Positions 57,071 through 64,000 of a stretch of 64,000 nucleotides of DNA are shown here, one piece after another (position 1 is the stretch's first letter; every line of letters begins with the position of its first letter). A model generated the notes under the pieces. That model was not told where the DNA came from, ran no database searches, and saw only the letters and a program-made list of their open reading frames with translations. The DNA comes from Planctomycetota bacterium (GTDB lineage Bacteria > Planctomycetota > B15-G4), in NCBI GenBank assembly GCA_038212275.1, contig JBBQUR010000011.1:32001-96000 (forward strand), given 5' to 3'. The translations under genes and the position numbers were made by a program.

Positions 57071-57160
57071 CGCGCTCCGCGGGTGCTGCGCGCTCCGCGG
57101 GTGCTGCGTGCTCGGCGCGGGTGCTGCGTGCTCCGCGGGTGCTGCGTGCTCGGCGCGGGT
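57071..57160. repeat. 18/20-bp tandem repeat x5
   Basis: cg(c/t)gctc(c/ggc)gcgggtgctg units with no spacers. Confidence 0.9.
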
Positions 57161-57371
57161 CCGGTGGGGCGGCGCGGATTGGCATCCGGATTGCACTGGC
57201 CATCGACGGGCGATGCCACGATCGCCAGAGCGGCCGCCCGTCGCCGAACTGAACGAAGCGCCAGGCGGCGGCAGACGTGGCGTGGCTGACGTGGCGTGGC
57301 TGATGCAGTGCCTGATTCCTGTTTGCGGACGATCGACAGCGTTCGACGCCTCGACTCCCATCGGAAGCATC

Positions 57372-57779
57372 ATGTTCGAGAAACTCTCGCGGAGCTGGCG
57401 CCAGTTCAAGCAGGCCAGACCAGGCCAGCGCTTCCAGGATGCCCGCAGGCGCCGCCGTCAGGAGAAGGCGAGCGGGGCGGGTTCGGCGCTCTTCATCGCC
57501 CTGGGCATCGCGCTCGCCCTGCTCGGCGTCGTGGCGCTCTTCTTTCCAGGACCAGGCATTCTCTTCATCGCGATGGGTGCAGCGCTCATCGCCCGAGAGT
57601 CGATGAAGATGGCCCGAGCGATGGATGCCATCGAGCTCCGGCTGCGGCGTCTCGCGGCGCATGTCAGGCGAAGGTGGCAGCACACGGCGCTGATGCCGCG
57701 TGTGGCGGTCGTCTTCCTCGCGGCGGCTGCCGTGGGCGCTGCCGGAGTCGGCGCCTGGCTCCACTTCCGCCCGTTCTGA
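57372..57779 (+). CDS. Small membrane protein (PGPGW-like)
   Basis: PGQRFQ, TM helix-FPGPG-TM helix-ARES. Confidence 0.78.
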   Translation: MFEKLSRSWRQFKQARPGQRFQDARRRRRQEKASGAGSALFIALGIALALLGVVALFFPGPGILFIAMGAALIARESMKMARAMDAIELRLRRLAAHVRRRWQHTALMPRVAVVFLAAAAVGAAGVGAWLHFRPF

Positions 57780-57856
57780 TTCCGCCCGTTCTGAAGCGTT
57801 GCACGCCCGACTGGCTGCGAGAACGCGGCTCGGAAGGCGCCCGGGAGCAGGAGCGA

Positions 57857-58081
57857 TCAGCGGTTGGGGGGCGAGCCGCGCCTGACCCTGGCCACCTTGC
57901 GGATCGCTTCGGGTTCCGACAGGACCTTCAACTTGCCTCCGGCCTTCTGCGCAAGATCGCGAGCGATCGCGACCGCCTCGCCCCAGGTCGGCATGATCGC
58001 GCACGGATGCGGCGTGTTGCCGCGGCGGACGCACCACGTACCATCGGTGCGCGGGCCGACGCTGATGTCGATGATGTTCAC
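57857..58081 (-). CDS. DUF2188-like small protein
   Basis: V.PR.DG.W.V.R......T..EA...AR.LA. Confidence 0.55.
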   Translation of the reverse strand: MNIIDISVGPRTDGTWCVRRGNTPHPCAIMPTWGEAVAIARDLAQKAGGKLKVLSEPEAIRKVARVRRGSPPNR

Positions 58082-58271
58082 GAATGGGTTCCTCGGGATT
58101 GCATCGCTGTACAACACGCGCTCCCGGCCGAGGGTTCGGACGACTTCCGCGGTGGTGGCAACGGAAAGAGCAGGCCGCGTGAAACGCCGGAGCGGGACTT
58201 CGGCTTCAGGGATAACGTGTCGGCGCGAGGCCGGCCGTGCCGCTCGCCCTCCCCATCTCGGAATCGCTGCC

Positions 58272-59750
58272 ATGACACTCACGCTGCGAGTCGCCCTCTG
58301 CCTTGCCGTACTGGCCTTCCTCGGCGCAGAGATCTCCGCGCAGGGCGGCGGCTTCCACGCGGGCGAACTCTTCGTCTACACCAACGGCCTGACGTCGCCC
58401 GGCTACACCGGTGGCGGCATCATGCGCGTGGACCCGGTGACCGGCGCGAGCTCCGTGCTCGTGCAGACTCTGGGCGCGTACGACTTCACGGGCTCGATCG
58501 CCTTCGACCCGTACCGCCAGCGGCTCGTCTTCATCGCGGCGCTGCCGGGCGTCGATCCCTCGCCCAGGAACTATCTCTGGTTCGCGGACGGCGCCGGCAA
58601 CGTGCAGAACGTCTCCAAGCCCATCTTTCCCGAGGGCGTTCTCATGAACAGCATCGCGCCGACGCGCGATGGCCGCATCTACGCTTACGCGGTCATCAAC
58701 ACCACCGAGCCCCTGCGCTGGTTCGACGCGGCCAACCAGATTCACGTGCTGTACGACGCCGACGGCGTCACGCCGATGAAGATCGACGGTGACGGCTCCT
58801 ATCTGATGAACGGCATGATCCACGATGCGGGCACCAACGCGCTGTTCGTCGCCTCCACCAGGCCGAAGCCGGGCTTCCCGGAGGCGGCCGTCAACGTGCG
58901 CAAGCTGCCGCTCTCGCCCGATGGCTCGCGCGTCGTCGGCCCGGTCGGCAACGTGCAGTTCGAGATCAGCGCCAATCCGCCGGCTGCGAGCAGCGGCGAA
59001 ACGCCGCGCGGATGGAGCTACGGCCCGAACGGTCAGCTCGTGCTCGTCATCCTGTCCATCGACACCGAGGTCATGCCGCGCATGTTGCTCGTCGATCCGG
59101 TGACGTCGGCCATCTCCGTGTGGGGCAGCAACGGCGACACGATGATTCCCAATGGCGTCAGCACCAACACGGGCGGCGCCTACTGCTCCACGCTGAACAA
59201 GGTGGTCATGTCGGACTACTGGAACTCCAAGCTGCGCGCCTACGCGCAGGGTTCCACCGGCGGGCCGGGCAGCGTCATCCCGACCAGCCCGGTCTCGCCC
59301 ACGGGAAACGGCTACTACCTGAATGTCGTCGCGGTGCCGCCCGATGCGTGCACCGGCGGCTGGATCGCCTACGGCGTCGGACTCAAGGGCGCGGGCGATC
59401 TCGTGCCGAAGCTCATCGGTGCGGGCTGCGCCGAGCCTGGTGCCTCGATCACGCTGAAGATTTCCAACGCGGTCGGCGGCGCGAACGCGGCTCTCTTCGT
59501 CGGCCTCTCGCAGGGCGCGCTGCCCTTCAAGGGAGGCACGTTTCACCTCGGCTCCGCGCTGCTCACGATCAACCTGCCGCTGGGTGGCACGCCCGGCGCG
59601 GCCGGCGCGGGCGCGCTCACGCTGCCCACGTCGCTGCCGGCACTTCCGGCGCTTGCGGGCATGAGCATCTACCTGCAGGCCGCATGCAGCGACGCGGCCG
59701 CCGTGAAGGGCGTCTCGCTCACGCAGGGGCTCGAGCTGGAGATCGGCTGA
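58272..59750 (+). CDS. Secreted protein with a longer (129-aa) PFKGG C-terminal domain
   Basis: Signal peptide; tail from W at 59361 with PFKGG...YLQ...D....GVSLTQGL. Confidence 0.87.
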   Translation: MTLTLRVALCLAVLAFLGAEISAQGGGFHAGELFVYTNGLTSPGYTGGGIMRVDPVTGASSVLVQTLGAYDFTGSIAFDPYRQRLVFIAALPGVDPSPRNYLWFADGAGNVQNVSKPIFPEGVLMNSIAPTRDGRIYAYAVINTTEPLRWFDAANQIHVLYDADGVTPMKIDGDGSYLMNGMIHDAGTNALFVASTRPKPGFPEAAVNVRKLPLSPDGSRVVGPVGNVQFEISANPPAASSGETPRGWSYGPNGQLVLVILSIDTEVMPRMLLVDPVTSAISVWGSNGDTMIPNGVSTNTGGAYCSTLNKVVMSDYWNSKLRAYAQGSTGGPGSVIPTSPVSPTGNGYYLNVVAVPPDACTGGWIAYGVGLKGAGDLVPKLIGAGCAEPGASITLKISNAVGGANAALFVGLSQGALPFKGGTFHLGSALLTINLPLGGTPGAAGAGALTLPTSLPALPALAGMSIYLQAACSDAAAVKGVSLTQGLELEIG

Positions 59751-59915
59751 AGCCGGAGGCGACGAGGCGAGCTGCCGCCGTGCGCAGCGTCGCCCCGCAC
59801 GCTCAGTGCGCGGCGACGTCGTTCCACAGGACGCGGACGCCATCGCCCGTTCCGAACAGCCTGATGCGCGTGAGGGGACTCCGCCAGGATGTTCCGTCCG
59901 TGCCACCGGAAAGAT

Positions 59916-60887
59916 TCAGGCGCGCGTCGGGACCTCGACCGCGTGCGCGCGGCGGGTCTCCTTGCGGCCCTTGCGCAGGATGGTCAGCTCCAGCTCGCGG
60001 CCCAGGGCCTCGCCGTCGAGCATGCGGTGCAGGTCCGCGACGGACTGCACGGGCCGGCCGTCGAGGCCGACGATGATGTCGCCGGGGATGAGTCCGGCAG
60101 CCGCTGCGGGGCTTTCCTTCTCGATGCCGCGCACGGCGACGCCGCGTGCGTGCTCCAGCGCGTTGACGGACACGACGCGCGCCGGCAGCAGCACCTCCTC
60201 GACGCCGAGGCCGAGCCACGCGCGCCGCACGCGCCCATGCCGCAGGAATTCGGCAATCACGAAGCTGGCGGTGTTGGACGGGATCGCGAAGCACAAACCC
60301 TGCGCCGGCATGAACACGGCGGTGTTGATGCCGATGACGCGCCCCTCGCTGTCCAGCAGCGGGCCGCCGGAGTTTCCGGGGTTGAGCGGCGCATCGGTCT
60401 GAATGACACCCTCGATGGCGCGGCCCTGCGCGCCACCCAGCGTGCGGCCGAGCGCCGAGACGATGCCCGAGGTCACGGTGAACGAGAGCCCGTACGGCGA
60501 GCCGACCGCGATGGCGTAGTCCCCCACGCGCAGACTGTTGCTGTCACCGAGGTGCGCGCACGGGAACTTGCCGTCCGAGCTCAGGCGCAGCAGCGCGAGG
60601 TCGCTGGCCGGGTCGTCGCCGACGAGGTCCGCGAGCAGCGTGCGTCCGTCCGCCAGCGTGGCCTCGATGCCGGCGCTGCCGTGCACGACGTGGCTGTTGG
60701 TGAGCGCGTAGCCATCCGGCGTGACGAGGACGCCCGAGCCGCCCGCGATGCCGCCACCCGAGCCGTCGTCGCGCCCGCGGCGGGATGAGCGCCCCGCGCC
60801 CCGAAGTGTGCGGATGTTGAGGACGGAAGGCGCCACCGAATCGACGATGGCCGCCACTTCGTTGGAGAGCGAACGCATGATGTTCAT
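59916..60887 (-). CDS. HtrA/DegP-like serine protease with one PDZ domain, no signal peptide
   Basis: GSGV, TNSHVV, DLALL, IQTDA.LNPGNSGGPL, GDII. Start 60887 or 60899. Confidence 0.94.
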   Translation of the reverse strand: MNIMRSLSNEVAAIVDSVAPSVLNIRTLRGAGRSSRRGRDDGSGGGIAGGSGVLVTPDGYALTNSHVVHGSAGIEATLADGRTLLADLVGDDPASDLALLRLSSDGKFPCAHLGDSNSLRVGDYAIAVGSPYGLSFTVTSGIVSALGRTLGGAQGRAIEGVIQTDAPLNPGNSGGPLLDSEGRVIGINTAVFMPAQGLCFAIPSNTASFVIAEFLRHGRVRRAWLGLGVEEVLLPARVVSVNALEHARGVAVRGIEKESPAAAAGLIPGDIIVGLDGRPVQSVADLHRMLDGEALGRELELTILRKGRKETRRAHAVEVPTRA

Positions 60888-60950
60888 GCGCGCCGTCATA
60901 GCGCGCCCCCCGAAGCCTGGCAGCGCTCCGGTCAGGCGCACACACCACTC

Positions 60951-61010
60951 GCGGCCGAAGGCCTGGGCACGCGGCCGAAGGCCCGGGCTCGCGGCCGAAG
61001 GCCCGGCCAC
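60951..61010. repeat. 20-bp tandem repeat x3, each with a GGCC-GAA-GGCC palindrome
   Basis: gcggccgaaggcctgggcac / gcggccgaaggcccgggctc / gcggccgaaggcccggccac. Confidence 0.88.
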
Positions 61011-61097
61011 GCCGGATGTCGCGGGGGCAGTTGCCGCAACGCACCGTGCACGGACGCCGCGGGGCGCCCGTGCACGGCCGTCGGAGCAGGTGGCGCG

Positions 61098-63797
61098 TTA
61101 CGGCACCAGGCCGCGAAGCGCATTGGACAGCGCGACGTCGTGCACGGCGCCGGCGTCCTGGATGGCCCACTGCATCCACAGGGTGGTGCCGGCCGGCACG
61201 CCGGACGGCATCGTGAACGGCAGCGCGAGGTCGCCTGCCGCGTTCGTGCCGAGGAAGAGCATCAGCAGGCTCGGCACCGGCACCAGCACTCCGCCCTTGA
61301 AGGGCACCGGCGAACTGGCCAGCGCCGTGAAGAGCGCGGCCGGCGCCGACGGTGCGGCGTGCGTGAGCGTGACCGCATTGCTGCTGCCCGCGACGAGCGT
61401 GCCTGCACCGGTGAGCAGCGGCAGGCCGAGCGTGCCGGCCAGCGCCGAACCCTGGTGACTCCACGCCGAGTCGGCCTGGCCGAAGAGAATGGACACCTGC
61501 TCGCTCAGCGTGATGACCGGCATGCGCAGCGCCATGGCCGCCACGTCGAGCAAGCCGTCACCGTTGAGGTCGCCCGACGCCACCCAGAGAGCTTGACCGC
61601 CGATGCCGTGGCGCTTGCCGGGCAGCAGGTGGCCTTCGCCGTCGTTGACGTAGAGCACCGCATCCTCCGCGCCGCCGACCACGAGGTCGGGCAGGCCGTC
61701 TCCCGAGAAGTCCCCGGACGTGATGCCGTTGGTGCCGTTGAAGGAGAGCGACTTCGGCGCGGGCTGTGCGCTCCACGGGAAGAAGCCGCCTGCGCCGTCG
61801 TTGCGCATGACGACGACCTGGTCGAAGGAGCCCCACGTGCCGAGGCCGGCGCCGACGAGATCCCGCGCACCGTCGCCGTCCATGTCCACGGCGCGCACGG
61901 TGATGGTGAGCACGTAGGGGGCGAGGTCGTGCGCGACGGGCGTGGCGAAGCTGCCGTCGCCGTTGCCGTGCAGCACGAGGTAGCCGTTGGTGGGCGCCGG
62001 CGCGCCGCCGAACTGCGTGGCGCCCACGCCGACGAGATCCACGCGGCCGTCGCCGTCCAGGTCCGCGGCGTCAAGGTCGCTCATGCCCCACTGCAGCTTG
62101 TTGATGGTGGTCGCAGCGGCGAAGGTGCCGTCACCCTGATTGGCCAGCAGGTAGATCTGACTGATGGGCTTGCTCGGGCAGCCGCCGGTTTCGTTGCACG
62201 CGACATCGAGGTCACCGTCGCCGTCGAAGTCCCCCGCCGCGAGGTGGTACACGCCGCACGAGTTCGGCAGCGTCCACTGCACGTTGGGACCCCACTGGCC
62301 ATTGCCGAGATTGCGGTTGGTGTAGAAGTGATACGGCGCGGAGGACGGGTCCTTGACCTTGAGGATCTCCGGGCGCCCGTCGCCGTCGAGGTCGCGCAGG
62401 AGGAAGTTGCGGAAGCGGCCGGCGCCGCCGAAGAACGTGGTGCGGGTGAACGCGCCGTTCCCGTCATTGAGGTAGGTGTAGACGCTCACCGACATCGCGA
62501 CGATGTCGAGGTCGCCGTCGAGGTCCAGGTCCGCGATCTCGCAGCGATAGGCGTCCACCGCCTCCAGGTGCAGGAACTCGGGGAAGGCGCCGCCGTCGTT
62601 GCGGTGCACCTGCAGCGTGAGCAGGCCGTGATTGGTGATGAGCACGTCGCGGTCGCCGTCGGCGTCGATGTCGGCCGTGGAGATCGAACGCGAGTACTCG
62701 CCGGAGGCGAAGGTCTGCGGCGGCGCGAAGGCCCCGCCACCGAGGCCGCGCAGGAAGCCCCACCACGACAGCGCCTGGCCGCCGCAGGCCACGAGGTCGG
62801 GCACGCCGTCGCCGGTCACGTCGTCCAGGGACATCGAGTACGGCGTGGCCATCTCGTAGCCGGTCTCGATGGCCGTGACCGCGCCGAAGCTGCCATTGCC
62901 CTGGTTCTTCCAGAGCGAGAGCGCGCTGCTGCCGGGAATGCCGGCGGACGTACCGAAGCCGTAGACGACGTCGAGATCGCCGTCGGTGTCCACGTCGCCG
63001 AGGGCGACGGCCGGGACGGGGCCGGGGAAGGCCAGCGGCGCAGCGCCGGTCACGAGGCCGAGCGGCGCCGCGAAGCCACCGGCCGTGGCCAGCGAGACGG
63101 TCACTTCGGGAAGCGACTGCAGGTGCGTCGTCACGACGTCGGAGCGGCCGTCGCCGTCGAGGTCGCCCACGGCCAGCCAGTAGGGCTCGGGGCCGACCGG
63201 GATGTCGGTGCGCGTGAAGTGCGCGGAGCCGTCGTTGCGCAGCAGCGAGAGGTCGTTCTCGCCGGGCTTGCGATTCGCGGTGACAAGGTCGAGGTCGCCG
63301 TCGAGGTCGAAGTCGGCCGCCGCGATGGACATCGGGCCCTTGCCGCACGGGATGACCACGGCTGCGTCGAAACTGCCGTCGCCCTGATTGCGGTAGAGCA
63401 GCACGCTCTGCCCGGACGCACCGTTTTCAGATGCCTGCGTGAAGGCGAGGTCCAGGTCTCCGTCGCCGTCGAGGTCCGCGGCGCACACCGCGGAGGTCTC
63501 GCCGGGCGAGGGCATGAACACCGGGGCGCCGAACTCGCCGGTGCCGTCGTTGAACGAGATCGAGACCTGCGACGACAGGAAGTTGCCGATCTGCGCGTGC
63601 GCCACGTCGGGCGAGCCGTCGCCGTTCAGGTCCGCGACCACGTGCGCATTGGGCCGGTAGGGCGAGTTGGGCAGGTTGGCGCCGGCGCCGGTCTCGAAGG
63701 CGCGCTGCGGCGACGAAAGCGGCGAGTGCTGCGCGGCAGCCGTCACGGCGGACGAGCCGAGCGCCCCGAGGCAAAGCAGGAGAGTGCGGTGATTCAT
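61098..63797 (-). CDS. Large secreted VCBS/FG-GAP repeat protein with 121-aa PFKGG C-terminal domain
   Basis: Signal peptide; more than 12 D.DGDG..D repeats; tail at 61098-61463. Confidence 0.92.
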   Translation of the reverse strand: MNHRTLLLCLGALGSSAVTAAAQHSPLSSPQRAFETGAGANLPNSPYRPNAHVVADLNGDGSPDVAHAQIGNFLSSQVSISFNDGTGEFGAPVFMPSPGETSAVCAADLDGDGDLDLAFTQASENGASGQSVLLYRNQGDGSFDAAVVIPCGKGPMSIAAADFDLDGDLDLVTANRKPGENDLSLLRNDGSAHFTRTDIPVGPEPYWLAVGDLDGDGRSDVVTTHLQSLPEVTVSLATAGGFAAPLGLVTGAAPLAFPGPVPAVALGDVDTDGDLDVVYGFGTSAGIPGSSALSLWKNQGNGSFGAVTAIETGYEMATPYSMSLDDVTGDGVPDLVACGGQALSWWGFLRGLGGGAFAPPQTFASGEYSRSISTADIDADGDRDVLITNHGLLTLQVHRNDGGAFPEFLHLEAVDAYRCEIADLDLDGDLDIVAMSVSVYTYLNDGNGAFTRTTFFGGAGRFRNFLLRDLDGDGRPEILKVKDPSSAPYHFYTNRNLGNGQWGPNVQWTLPNSCGVYHLAAGDFDGDGDLDVACNETGGCPSKPISQIYLLANQGDGTFAAATTINKLQWGMSDLDAADLDGDGRVDLVGVGATQFGGAPAPTNGYLVLHGNGDGSFATPVAHDLAPYVLTITVRAVDMDGDGARDLVGAGLGTWGSFDQVVVMRNDGAGGFFPWSAQPAPKSLSFNGTNGITSGDFSGDGLPDLVVGGAEDAVLYVNDGEGHLLPGKRHGIGGQALWVASGDLNGDGLLDVAAMALRMPVITLSEQVSILFGQADSAWSHQGSALAGTLGLPLLTGAGTLVAGSSNAVTLTHAAPSAPAALFTALASSPVPFKGGVLVPVPSLLMLFLGTNAAGDLALPFTMPSGVPAGTTLWMQWAIQDAGAVHDVALSNALRGLVP

Positions 63798-64000
63798 GAC
63801 GAGTGCCTTTCCATCGCGAGCGACGAACGAGTGATGGCGAGCGGCGCTCACCCGGAACCACCGGAGTGCAAGTCGCGTGCCGGACGAGCAAAGCTGCCCT
63901 GCGACCGCGTGCAGCGGCGCTCCGTCGCCGCGAGCGCTCGGCGGACAAGCTGCCCGGATGTCCACGATCCGGCCCTCATGCCCGGAATGCACACACGCGC

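Noticed and set aside
57071..57160. Possible CRISPR array
   Set aside because: Units are contiguous with no unique spacers, and no cas genes are present.

Overview
Very GC-rich bacterial chromosomal window, probably Planctomycetota (inferred from a TIGR02999-like ECF sigma factor and many secreted FG-GAP proteins). Recognisable loci: an RND efflux pair followed by a Cys-rich small ORF and a beta-barrel transporter; a five-gene (pseudo)pilin cluster; a putative D-amino-acid/peptide cluster (PLP enzyme, DUF1611, MurL-like::creatininase fusion, cupin, dipeptide epimerase); a B12 radical SAM plus EamA pair; serA-serB-aminotransferase V; hemN-TIGR01777-hemG; and purE-purK-sbtA-sbtB with a divergent regulator. 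The strongest unexplained signal is a shared C-terminal domain on unrelated secreted proteins: five copies are exactly 121 aa, contain PFKGG and end in Pro, and divergent and orphan copies also occur. It is a candidate sorting/anchoring signal. Also seen: a 50-aa heptad-repeat microprotein absent from the ORF track, -10-like hexamers 6-8 nt before many start codons (possible leaderless mRNAs), several gene-fragment scars and short intergenic tandem repeats. No rRNA, tRNA, CRISPR array, integrase or transposase was recognised. All family calls are by-eye motif recognition; no searches were run.
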